Positions 49,382 through 58,424 of a stretch of 64,000 nt of DNA are shown here, one piece after another. Below the pieces are notes generated by a model that was given only the letters and a program-made list of their open reading frames with translations, was not told the DNA's origin and did no database searches. Made by a program: the position numbers and the translations under genes. The stretch lies in the NCBI GenBank assembly GCA_964519305.1, contig CAZFHY010000017.1:17577-81576 (forward strand), given 5' to 3'. The stretch's first letter is position 1, and each line of letters opens with the position of its first letter. This DNA comes from Candidatus Undinarchaeota archaeon. Its GTDB lineage: Archaea > SpSt-1190 > JASMDC01.

Positions 49382-50310
49382 GAGCGAGATGCCTCGATTA
49401 GGCGGATTATCATGTCCTCGTAGCCGACGGACATGATATGGGCGCCAGCTGCCTTGGTCTTGCGGATCTCGGTCAGCAGGTCGCCGAAGAACTCGAGGTT
49501 GATCTTGTCATAGGCCTGTCGCTGCTGGTCGCTGGGGAGGTTACGGGCCTTGCGCAGCCGCTCCATGAGCTCATCGGGGATGGACACGCCCGGTACGCAG
49601 GCATCGAACCCCTCAGCGGCGTCGAACGAGCGCAGCGGGAGCAGACCGATGAGGATGGGGATTGTGACGCCCTTATCGTCCGCCATCTCTAGGAAGCGGT
49701 CGACGGTCTCCATGTCGAACACCGCCTGCGTCTGGACGAACCGCGCACCTGCGATCTGCTTTCGCACTAGCTTGAGCATCTCGGGCTCCATAGGAGCGGC
49801 GTTGGGATTCGCAGCGACGCCCACGAAGAACCGTGGCGGCCCGTCGATGAGGTTCCCTTCCAGGTCGCACCCCTCCTCGTCCATCCTGGACATCATGTCA
49901 ACCAGCTGGGTCGAGTCCAGGTCGTACACGGGCATGGTGCCCGGGAGGTCGCCAAGGGACGTGTGGTCGCCCGTGATGGCAAGGACGTTGCGAAGTCCCA
50001 GGGCCCATGCGCCCAGGATGTCCGACTGGAGCGCTAACCGGTTGCGGTCCGAGCACCGGAGGTGGCACACGGTCTCGAGCCCGGTCTCGCGCTCTATGAT
50101 GTGGGACGCGGCGATGCTGCTCAGCCGCCCCATGGACTGGCAGTTGTCGGGAACGTTGCACGCCACGACCGAGCCCTTGACCTTCCTGGCCGCTTTGATG
50201 AGCGGGATGATGTTGGTGGAGCGGGCGGGCTCCAGCTCACCGGTGAAGGTGAACCTACCCTCTGCAAGAGCGGCCGAGAGACCGCTGTCAATGGACCGTT
50301 CGGGGCTCAT
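49378..50310 (-). CDS. metF: methylenetetrahydrofolate reductase
   Basis: FTGELEP, NVPD, DRNRLALQS, AITGD, GARFVQTQ. Confidence 0.9.
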   Translation of the reverse strand: MSPERSIDSGLSAALAEGRFTFTGELEPARSTNIIPLIKAARKVKGSVVACNVPDNCQSMGRLSSIAASHIIERETGLETVCHLRCSDRNRLALQSDILGAWALGLRNVLAITGDHTSLGDLPGTMPVYDLDSTQLVDMMSRMDEEGCDLEGNLIDGPPRFFVGVAANPNAAPMEPEMLKLVRKQIAGARFVQTQAVFDMETVDRFLEMADDKGVTIPILIGLLPLRSFDAAEGFDACVPGVSIPDELMERLRKARNLPSDQQRQAYDKINLEFFGDLLTEIRKTKAAGAHIMSVGYEDMIIRLIEASRS

Positions 50311-50954
50311 GTACCCTCGACCCCCGTTCGCGGGTGGCGTTCAGGTCGCCAATCCCGTGGTGGCTCTACGCGCATGAGCTGTCCTGCACGACCGAGCGCT
50401 GACAGGCGGCGCCAGATGAGCACCCATACGCAGGGGACTGCCTGTAGATCTACTTCGCACATCCCGTCGACCTGGCCGCCACAGGGGCCGTTGAGCAGAC
50501 CCTTGGGGCATCTGGCAAGGGGGCACAGTCCTGCGGTGCGGTCAAGGAAGCAGTTACCGCAGGCGCGACAACCCTCAAGTACACGGTCCTCCTCCTCATC
50601 GCCCTTGTAACCGATGAGCAGGGTGTCCGCGGCCGGTAGGACGATGTGGTCGGGGAAGGCGGTCACCAGCGCCTGGAGCCCCGCTCCACAGGCCGTCGAG
50701 AGGATGACCTGATGCTTACCGGGGACCAGACGGTCACCGACGAGGGCTAGGTCGCACTGTCGTGGGACGGCGGTGACGTCGATGGTATAGTTTTCCTCGT
50801 CGGAGGCAAGTGACTCGGCCAGGGCTTCGGCCTCTTTGGTACCGCCGGTGCGATGCACGGCCGTACAGGCGTTGCACGCGACCACAAGGATGGACGTGGC
50901 GTCGCCCAGCATGTCCTTTAGCCTACGTTGTTCCTTGAGCCTGGTAAGGATCAT
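50307..50954 (-). CDS. metV: MetV Fe-S subunit of methylene-THF reductase
   Basis: CRACGNC...CPLARCPKGLLNGPCGG...CEV...CVW; overlaps metF. Confidence 0.88.
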   Translation of the reverse strand: MILTRLKEQRRLKDMLGDATSILVVACNACTAVHRTGGTKEAEALAESLASDEENYTIDVTAVPRQCDLALVGDRLVPGKHQVILSTACGAGLQALVTAFPDHIVLPAADTLLIGYKGDEEEDRVLEGCRACGNCFLDRTAGLCPLARCPKGLLNGPCGGQVDGMCEVDLQAVPCVWVLIWRRLSALGRAGQLMRVEPPRDWRPERHPRTGVEGT

Positions 50955-51071
50955 GGCCGCTATACCGGCAGTCGTTGCAGGTATTTAAAGGTGAGGTGGC
51001 AGTCGGCCCGACGCACCCAAATCAATTTAATCACCGGTGCCATTCTATGGTCCACCCCTGGAGATCCCCCC

Positions 51072-51800
51072 ATGCGCTCTGAGCCCATCATCGTGGCAGG
51101 CAGGACCTACCCGGTCCGGGTCCACCTGGAGAGCCGTCGCAACTGCCGGGTGTCCGTGGGGAAACGGGGAGTGATCATCCGCATGCCGCGGTGGATGCCC
51201 CGGGCGGATAAAGAGAGGCATCTGGAGGAGCTCCGGGCCTGGGCCGTCGAGCGCATCACCCGGGAACCCGAGCGGTTCGTCCCGCGAGTCGGACGCGAGT
51301 ATCGCGACGGGCATGTTCTCCGTGCGGCCGGCGAGGAGTACATAGTCCGGTTCAATCTTGAGGAGCGGGTGACCTCTACAGGCCGCATCCGGGGGAACGA
51401 GCTCCACTTGCACCTTCCCTGGCGTCTTTCGACGGACGAGCTCAGGAAACGGAGCACTACGGTGATCAGCCGTCTGCTGGCGGACCGGCACCTGCCCCGT
51501 GTGAGGGACCTGGTCGACCGGCTCAATCGGGAGCATTTCCAGGCCGACGTCAACAAGGTTCGCCTCAAGCACCAGCGCTCACGATGGGGCTCCTGCTCCT
51601 CTCGCGGGAACATCAACCTCTCGACACGTCTTCTCATGGCGCCGCCAGGGGTGCTCGAGTACGTCATCATCCACGAGCTCGCCCACCTGAAGGTCCGTAG
51701 GCATGACCGCAAGTTCTGGCGACTGGTGGAGCAGGCAGTGCCCGATTACAAGGAGAAGGTGGCATGGCTGCGTGAGCACGGCCGCGAATGCGACCTCTAG
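51072..51800 (+). CDS. YgjP/DUF45 (M48-like) metallopeptidase
   Basis: RWGSCS, YVIIHELAHL, H..KFW. Confidence 0.9.
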   Translation: MRSEPIIVAGRTYPVRVHLESRRNCRVSVGKRGVIIRMPRWMPRADKERHLEELRAWAVERITREPERFVPRVGREYRDGHVLRAAGEEYIVRFNLEERVTSTGRIRGNELHLHLPWRLSTDELRKRSTTVISRLLADRHLPRVRDLVDRLNREHFQADVNKVRLKHQRSRWGSCSSRGNINLSTRLLMAPPGVLEYVIIHELAHLKVRRHDRKFWRLVEQAVPDYKEKVAWLREHGRECDL

Positions 51801-51806
51801 ATTGGA

Positions 51807-53717
51807 CTAGAGCAGTGCAACGCGGTCTGGCGACGGACGGTACACCATCCCTTCGGCCATCAGCCGCTCCACTGCCTTGGCCAGCACGTTCTCTGGTATG
51901 CCCTTTCCCTCGGCGGCAGCAATGAGCTCGTCGAGCCCCACGTCACTCCCATTCCGGTTGATATGGGTGACGACCCAGCGTACAACGCGGCTCAATGCAG
52001 GTCCGACCGGCCCGGACTCTTCGCGCAGGACGTCCTCCGGCCCAGAGCGGGCATCGCGTGCGGACGGCCGTGTACCGCTCTTCACCCGGAACCGAGCATC
52101 CCTCTCCCGGACGGTCCACCCCGGTGGCTCAAGGATGGGCGACCGCTCGAGCCTGATGTCGAACCCACGGTCCAGCTTGGAGACGATCCCTTTCATCCGT
52201 CGCTCCCGTCCCTGGCTGGCCCAGGCGTACGCGACGTCCACCGTCCCCCGACTTATGAGGATGTCCACCGCGCCGGCGTGCTTGCGACCGGTGCGGCCAC
52301 GTCGCTGGATGAGCCTGATCTCCGAGGGGATGGCTTCATAGAACACCACACGGTTCACGGCCGGTATGTCCAGCCCTTCCTCCGCGATCGATGTCGCGAC
52401 CAGCACGTTGTGCTCGCCAGCTGCGAACTGTTGTACCCGTTCGGCCTGTTCGCTCTGGGAAAGACCGACAGAGCCCTCACGGCTCGCCTGGCCAACGAAC
52501 CTGATAGGGCGCGCGCCAGGGACCTCTGTCAGAGCCTCGACGATGCGGTCGACCGTGTCCCTGAACTGGGCGAAAACGATGATGCGCGAGGCCGGCTCGC
52601 TGGCCAGCTCCTGCTCCACGAGATCAGCCAGCGCACCGAGCTTCGGATGGGGAACGTGCTCCCACCGCTTGGACAGGGCCACGAGCTCCTTGAAGCGGGG
52701 GTCCTGGCAGAGGCGCTGTGCGGTCTTTGAGGTCTTGCGCTCCATCTCCCCTAGGAAGCGTACGAGCACCGATATGTCCTGCGTGGTGAGCACCTCTAGA
52801 GCGTGCATGAGCGACATGGCCGTGGCCTGGAGCCCCAGCTGCCAGTACACCGGCCCCGTCTCCCCCGCGGCCAACCGCGCCTGGAGCTTGCGCCCCAGTT
52901 CGAGGATCTCACCCTTGGTGACACGTCCGCCCTTGCCGCGTGGCGGCCCGAGCACCTCCAGCCGGCGAAGACGTCCGATCACATCGTCCAGCAGGGACCG
53001 GATGATGTCCGCTAAGCGCTCGTAGTGGCGAGGGAGGTCCACATGATGGTACCGTTTCTCGATGGACTGGATGTAGGGGGCCACGTCCTCGTCCTCGTCG
53101 GAGCGGAACTCGATGGACTCGATGGAGAGCGCGTCGCAAAGGTCCTGGATACGTTCCCTGGTGCTCCCGGGTGATGCCGTCAGGCCCAGGATGCGCGGAT
53201 CCGAGCAGGTGTCGATGTAGCGCCGGGCGATCTCCGTGTAGGCATAGCTGGCTCGTGCACGGTGTGCCTCGTCGAACACGACCAGTGCGCAGGTGGACAG
53301 GTCGTACCGACCGGCACGCAGGTCGTTGCGCACTGTCTGTGGTGTGGCGAAGACCACCTTTGACGCGTCCCACACGAGACGACGGACCGCCTGTGGTATC
53401 CTGCCTGTGAGCATGCCGACCGCCTCACTGGGGACGTCACTGTTCAGGAACTGGGTGAAAGAGCGCCTATGCTGGTCGACAAGGGGTACCGTGGGAGCGA
53501 GCACGAGCACTTTCCCCCAAGGGTAGCGCTCTAGACGCTCCACCGCTACCATGAGGCTGATGACCGTTTTTCCCAGGGCGGTCGGGAGGATGACGAGCGT
53601 GTTGCCCCGAGTGCAGCTGGCAGTGATGCTGCGCTGGTAGAGGCGGTCCTCGATAGTGCCACGCCTGAGCAGGCGGTGGTCCACATAAGCGAGAACTGGC
53701 ACCTCCTCGGCCTCCAT
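51807..53717 (-). CDS. Hef/FANCM-like SF2 helicase, no ERCC4 nuclease, C-terminal winged helix
   Basis: RLYQ, PTALGKT, DEAH, TASPG, FVGQ, EEGLDIP, QRRGRTGR. Confidence 0.9.
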   Translation of the reverse strand: MEAEEVPVLAYVDHRLLRRGTIEDRLYQRSITASCTRGNTLVILPTALGKTVISLMVAVERLERYPWGKVLVLAPTVPLVDQHRRSFTQFLNSDVPSEAVGMLTGRIPQAVRRLVWDASKVVFATPQTVRNDLRAGRYDLSTCALVVFDEAHRARASYAYTEIARRYIDTCSDPRILGLTASPGSTRERIQDLCDALSIESIEFRSDEDEDVAPYIQSIEKRYHHVDLPRHYERLADIIRSLLDDVIGRLRRLEVLGPPRGKGGRVTKGEILELGRKLQARLAAGETGPVYWQLGLQATAMSLMHALEVLTTQDISVLVRFLGEMERKTSKTAQRLCQDPRFKELVALSKRWEHVPHPKLGALADLVEQELASEPASRIIVFAQFRDTVDRIVEALTEVPGARPIRFVGQASREGSVGLSQSEQAERVQQFAAGEHNVLVATSIAEEGLDIPAVNRVVFYEAIPSEIRLIQRRGRTGRKHAGAVDILISRGTVDVAYAWASQGRERRMKGIVSKLDRGFDIRLERSPILEPPGWTVRERDARFRVKSGTRPSARDARSGPEDVLREESGPVGPALSRVVRWVVTHINRNGSDVGLDELIAAAEGKGIPENVLAKAVERLMAEGMVYRPSPDRVALL

Positions 53718-53776
53718 CGTGGATGGATGGTCGTGTAGCTATTAAGGTGTTATGGTGCTGCCATGCCGCTATTCTG

Positions 53777-53816
53777 AGAAAGAAGTCCGGGCGGGGTCGT
53801 CGAGCGACCCCGCCGT
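53777..53816 (-). terminator. hairpin plus pyrimidine tract after the histone gene
   Basis: GGCGGGGTCG-TCGAG-CGACCCCGCC, then CTTCTTTCTC on the minus strand. Confidence 0.55.
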
Positions 53817-53842
53817 CGATACGCCAGGTCCTATCGGGAGTA

Positions 53843-54046
53843 TCAGGTCCGGAGGGCCAGCTTGATGTCCTTGGCCATAACGGTCTTGCGACCGCTGTGG
53901 CGGGCGATCTGGTTCGCCTGGTCGGCGACCTCCATGGCATACTCCTCGAGGATCTCCTGCAAGGCCTGAACACCGCTAACAGCGACGCGCTTGGCGCCAG
54001 CGTTCTTCATTAGGCGTGCAACGGCAGCGAAAGGTAGTTCTGACAT
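53843..54046 (-). CDS. archaeal histone (HMf family)
   Basis: MSELPFAAVARLMKNAGAKRV...ARHSGRKTVMAKDIKLA; 67 aa. Confidence 0.96.
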   Translation of the reverse strand: MSELPFAAVARLMKNAGAKRVAVSGVQALQEILEEYAMEVADQANQIARHSGRKTVMAKDIKLALRT

Positions 54047-54162
54047 AATCTCACCGGCACCCAGTAACTGATTCCAATTTATAAGAATTTCCTTTTTCTC
54101 GCAAGAAAAACGCCGAATCGTGCCTCTTTTTCCAGAATACCCGCTCAGAACGTCCCGGGGGC

Positions 54163-57100
54163 TCACTGCTGGGGATAGCGTCGCCTCTGCTGCTGACCCA
54201 TGCCCTGCTGTTGTTGCTGTTGGCCCATGCCCTGTTGTTGTTGTTGTTGGCCCATTCCGGCCTGCTGCTGTTGTTGAGGATAGCGCTGGCCGTACTGCTG
54301 CTGCTGGTAGCCGCGCTGGTAGTAGCCGGTCTGGGGGCGTCCCTGCATACCTGGTTGTTGTTGCTGCTGCTGCCCGCTGGGCTGTTGTGGCATGCCCGGT
54401 TGTTGCTGCATCCCGGGCTTCGGTGCCGCTCCTGCCTGCCCCCCTGCGGCCTGGGCGAGCTTGGCCTGGAACGCGTTCGCCGTTCCCGCCTCGCGCATGT
54501 AAGCGACGTAGCCGACGACGCCGAGGATGGACCCGAGGAGTACGAACACGACGGAGAACCGGATGACCTTCTGGAGAGTTGAGAGGTCCTCCGTGGGCGG
54601 TTTGATCGTGTTGGCTACGATGAAGTCGTTCTGTCGCGCGATCGCCTTGTTGATGGTGGCGAGGGCCAGATCGTAATCGCCTTCGAAATATTTCTCCTCT
54701 GCCTCATTAATCATCTTCTGGATCTCGAGACGGCCGTCCTCGTCCTCTACCTTCCCTATCCGGCTCTTTGCCTCTGAGAGCTTATACTCCACATCCTCTA
54801 CCATGGTCTCGTTCACCTCGCCGGAGGGCTTCTTCGTGGGCTTCGGCGTGGAGCTGGCGCCGGGCGAGGCGGACGGTCCCCCGCTCGGATCGGGTGTGGG
54901 AGCGACGCTAGGTCCGGATGTGGGCGAGGCGCTGGGCTTGACCGAGGGCTTCGGTGTCGACGAGGCCGATGGTGTGACCGTGGCATTTGGGAGGGTTGTG
55001 GGTGTGGCGGTCGCGTTGGGAACGACCGTGGCGTTGGGCGAGATAGTAGCGTTGGGCGAGATCGTGGCGTTGGGCGTGACAGTTGCGTTTGGCGTGACCG
55101 TGGCGTTAGGGAGGGGTGTGGGCGTGGCTGATACCTGGGGTGCTTCAATGATTGTCGTTGTATTGTCGCACCCTTCGTTCTCCAGGGTGTCCCGACAGCA
55201 CACCTTGATAGTCTGGTTGCCCGGAGGAAGGATCAGGATCCATGATGCAGAGGAGTCGGGCGAATCAATGGACGCGTTACCCTCGAGCATGGACGGAAGG
55301 GGAGCAGAGCCGTTGATGGTCACTGCGCACCGCTCCACGGGAAGGTAGGCGTCGGCGATGGACGTGACGTTGACGGTGAGGTTACCGGACACGGCCAGAT
55401 CGAACGTCGGCGGGTCCAGGTCCCGCACGAACACCGTCGTATTGGTGACCGAGTCGTAATCGCTGGAGCAGTTGACCTTCGCTGTGATGTTGCCCGCCCC
55501 GCTGATGCTGAAAGAAAGGTAGGCAGAACCCTGCTTCTTGTCGCCATCGAGCATTTCAAGGATGGGGCCCTCGGTTCCGTTCTCGTACACGAGCCTACCG
55601 GAGCACGAGGCAGTATGCTTGCTCTTGTAGTCGGCATAGATCATCGCTGTTCGGTCGGTGATCGGCTCGATCGGGCGCACGGTGACGTTGATCGTACCGT
55701 TGAGGCCGAGCGCCTGGAACGTGCTGTTGTCGGTGACGTCCCAGCGGCCGCCCTCGTTTATGACCCATGCCCGTACTGAGATGTAGGCACCTGCCTTGAG
55801 ATCGGCCTGGGCTATCGTGAAGGTGGCGTCGACGAGCCCGCTCTGTCCTGTAAGGTCCTTAGTGACGTTCTGGAACTCGCCCGTCGCGTTGTGCTCGAAC
55901 ACAGCGCTCTTGAGAGCTAGGGCATCCCCCGCCTTCACTTTGATATCGACGTCCTGGTCGGCCGTGGCACTGGCAGGTATGTCGCTGATGGTTATGTTCG
56001 GCTCTCCCGGGTACTGGAGCAGGGAGATGGTGGAGTTGTTATCACCAAGGACCCCCACCAGAACGTCGCCGTTGCTACCAAGGGCGATGGACGCGACGCG
56101 TTCGCCGGGCCATGTGCGGGTCGCCAGTTCGTTGAGGTCCTTGTCGAGCAGGACCAACTTGGCCCCCTCACCGGGCTTTCCTCCACCGGCCAGGAGCTCG
56201 ATCTCATCGGAGGAGACCGCACCTGTGATAAGGTCGCCGAAGGTGGCGATGGAGAGCGGAGCGATATCGGTCACCGGTGTGAGAGGTGTGCCTGTGCCTG
56301 AGTACTTGGTGATGTCCGTGACGAGCACGTTCTGGTCCTGGATCCCCAGGATAATCTCCTTGAACCCGTACTCGGTCCCGATGGGGCCATCGTTGTCGAT
56401 GATGTCGGAAGCTACGACTCTGCGGATATCGGTCCAGCTGGGATTGGTGACAGATTTGATCTCCTGGAAGTCCTGCAGCCCCCGCTGGAGGATCACCACC
56501 TTCGAGGTGTCTCCGTTGCTCAGTGCCACAACTACCTCCTTGGTGCCGATGGCCTCTTCGTAGAGGTTCTTGACATCGAGGTCCGTGACGGTGGTGTTCT
56601 CGTCCCAGGTCGTGAAGGGGATGCTGCCGTCGAAGAGCGCGAGTTCCTTGGTGAGGATCTTGAGGAAAGGTCGCTTCTCATCGGCCGCTTCTGGCAGGTA
56701 GTACCCGCCGACCAGGACCTCGAGTGTCGTGCTCGAGATCTCGATATCGGCTATGTGGAGGGCTGTCGCGTAGGTCATGCGTCCATCATGCGTCCAGTTC
56801 AGTTGCTTGACCACGGCGAGCTCCCGGTTGAACACGATCACCTGAGATGTGACGTTCGTCGGGTCGGTGGTGTTGTAGTTGAAGTTGGCCGTCACGACGA
56901 TCTCCTTGAGGTCGTCACCGTCGAGATCGAGCACCTCCATGTCAGTGAACTGGTAACCCCGTCCTTCCAGGTCCCAGTTCGACAGAGCCTTGACGGTGGT
57001 GGAGGGGTCGGCCTCGTTAGCGAAGAAGATGAACGCCTTATCCTTGGTCCCCGCAGGAGATAATATGTGGCCGGCCATGATGATGGTGTCCGGTTCGCCA

Positions 57101-57249
57101 GGCCCCAAGGGGGTCTTGGCCACCTTGAGTATCTGGATGTCACCTGAGGACGTATCACCGGCGGTCTCGATGAGCGTGTATACGGAGAGGGCCGGTCGTA
57201 GGAGTAACAGTATGAGAACTGCCAGTACCAAGAGGCGGCCCCTCTTCAT
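54163..57249 (-). CDS. large surface protein: FG-GAP-like propeller, Ig-like domains, P/T linker, TM, Gln-rich cytoplasmic tail
   Basis: Signal peptide; DLDGDDLKEIVV-type repeats; PNAT repeats; TM FSVVFVLLGSILGVVGYVAY; poly-Q tail. Confidence 0.9.
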   Translation of the reverse strand: MKRGRLLVLAVLILLLLRPALSVYTLIETAGDTSSGDIQILKVAKTPLGPGEPDTIIMAGHILSPAGTKDKAFIFFANEADPSTTVKALSNWDLEGRGYQFTDMEVLDLDGDDLKEIVVTANFNYNTTDPTNVTSQVIVFNRELAVVKQLNWTHDGRMTYATALHIADIEISSTTLEVLVGGYYLPEAADEKRPFLKILTKELALFDGSIPFTTWDENTTVTDLDVKNLYEEAIGTKEVVVALSNGDTSKVVILQRGLQDFQEIKSVTNPSWTDIRRVVASDIIDNDGPIGTEYGFKEIILGIQDQNVLVTDITKYSGTGTPLTPVTDIAPLSIATFGDLITGAVSSDEIELLAGGGKPGEGAKLVLLDKDLNELATRTWPGERVASIALGSNGDVLVGVLGDNNSTISLLQYPGEPNITISDIPASATADQDVDIKVKAGDALALKSAVFEHNATGEFQNVTKDLTGQSGLVDATFTIAQADLKAGAYISVRAWVINEGGRWDVTDNSTFQALGLNGTINVTVRPIEPITDRTAMIYADYKSKHTASCSGRLVYENGTEGPILEMLDGDKKQGSAYLSFSISGAGNITAKVNCSSDYDSVTNTTVFVRDLDPPTFDLAVSGNLTVNVTSIADAYLPVERCAVTINGSAPLPSMLEGNASIDSPDSSASWILILPPGNQTIKVCCRDTLENEGCDNTTTIIEAPQVSATPTPLPNATVTPNATVTPNATISPNATISPNATVVPNATATPTTLPNATVTPSASSTPKPSVKPSASPTSGPSVAPTPDPSGGPSASPGASSTPKPTKKPSGEVNETMVEDVEYKLSEAKSRIGKVEDEDGRLEIQKMINEAEEKYFEGDYDLALATINKAIARQNDFIVANTIKPPTEDLSTLQKVIRFSVVFVLLGSILGVVGYVAYMREAGTANAFQAKLAQAAGGQAGAAPKPGMQQQPGMPQQPSGQQQQQQPGMQGRPQTGYYQRGYQQQQYGQRYPQQQQQAGMGQQQQQQGMGQQQQQQGMGQQQRRRYPQQ
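54190..54410 (-). repeat. CAG/CAA-rich repeats encoding poly-Gln and GMGQQQQQQ units
   Basis: Runs of TTG/CTG on the plus strand. Confidence 0.85.
54973..55110 (-). repeat. 18-nt tandem repeats encoding PNAT(V/I/A)(T/S/V)
   Basis: PNATVT PNATVT PNATIS PNATIS PNATVV PNATAT ... PNATVT. Confidence 0.85.
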
Positions 57250-57579
57250 GTATACATTACCTCCTGTGTAGTATATATCCTTTACAGTACGACTTCTTAA
57301 GCCTCAATGATTTATAAAGCAGCCTTGGATTTCGGGGGAACGTTCGTCCTCCCTCTCCCCGTTCTTCTTTTCCTACGGACGCCTATCCTGCAACAGTGAC
57401 CTCGCTGGCAGCGCTTTCTGCCGTGATCGCCAGATAAAGGGCCAGGATCAGGAGGAACTGGAACAGTCGTGCTCGGGCTCCTATACTAGAATAAATGGCT
57501 TGCAGGGCTTTAAAACCGCCACTCTTTTCTAGGGTTGTCGCCCCATGGTCGTTCATAGCGAAAAGAAAACGTATTTATA

Positions 57580-58350
57580 GTGCCTCTGGGGCACGGCGTC
57601 CTCGTGGACGCCGGGTATGATATCGTGCTTAGTGACTTCGACGGCACGATATACCATGATGGTGAGGTCGATCCTAAGGTCGTCGAGGCCTTTCGTCGGG
57701 AGCACGAGGAAGGACGACGTGTAGGGATCGTCACGGGTGCCGGCGTTAACCACGTTCTTGACAGCCTTGAGGAGACCGGTGCTACCGAAATGCTTCAGTA
57801 CGTCGACTTCATCGCCACCCAGTCCGCTGCCGAGTTCCACACCCTCGAGAACGGTGAGGTGACCGAGAGCATCTATCTCGTGACCGACGAGGTCCGTGAG
57901 ATGGTGGCCGACCTACACCCGAGGTTCGAGGAGATCTGCGGAGGGTCCACTTTCAACTGGGGTGGGTCCCTTGGTTACATGACCGGCGACGATATCGAGC
58001 GACGCGACAGCATCGCCGAAGAGCTCAGGAAAGAGTTCACACCTTACGGGCTCAAGGTGCAGACCTGGGCCACCGGTGTGGGCGTCTCACCGGTGACCAA
58101 GTACGACGGACTGGACCGGTACTTCACCGAGCATGAGGGTGAAATACCTGTGGCCCTCGCTCTTGGCGATAGCGAGAACGATGTTCCGCTATTCACCTTC
58201 GCGAAGGAGCACGGTGGGTACGCTGGCCAGGTGGGGAACGGCCGCGACCTTGATTTCACGGTCGACTACAAGGCGACGGCACACGCCGGTGCGGGAGTTG
58301 CCGAGATCATCGACCAATACCGCGATATGCCGGACGAGTACGCTCTCTAG
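57580..58350 (+). CDS. HAD-superfamily (class IIB) hydrolase
   Basis: SDFDGT, VTG, TK..GL, ALGDSENDVPLF; true start may be GTG ~57604. Confidence 0.85.
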   Translation: MPLGHGVLVDAGYDIVLSDFDGTIYHDGEVDPKVVEAFRREHEEGRRVGIVTGAGVNHVLDSLEETGATEMLQYVDFIATQSAAEFHTLENGEVTESIYLVTDEVREMVADLHPRFEEICGGSTFNWGGSLGYMTGDDIERRDSIAEELRKEFTPYGLKVQTWATGVGVSPVTKYDGLDRYFTEHEGEIPVALALGDSENDVPLFTFAKEHGGYAGQVGNGRDLDFTVDYKATAHAGAGVAEIIDQYRDMPDEYAL

Positions 58351-58424
58351 AGCACCCGCCAGTGATTAACTATTTATACCGCCTTACCTGCCGAACCGGG
58401 CTGTCAGTCAGACGGTGATATGTC

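Noticed and set aside
51072-51800. YgjP-like peptidase as part of a type I restriction/defence locus
   Set aside because: No hsd or other defence genes adjacent
54190-55110. Repeats considered as a CRISPR array
   Set aside because: Short in-frame coding tandem repeats without unique spacers; no cas genes
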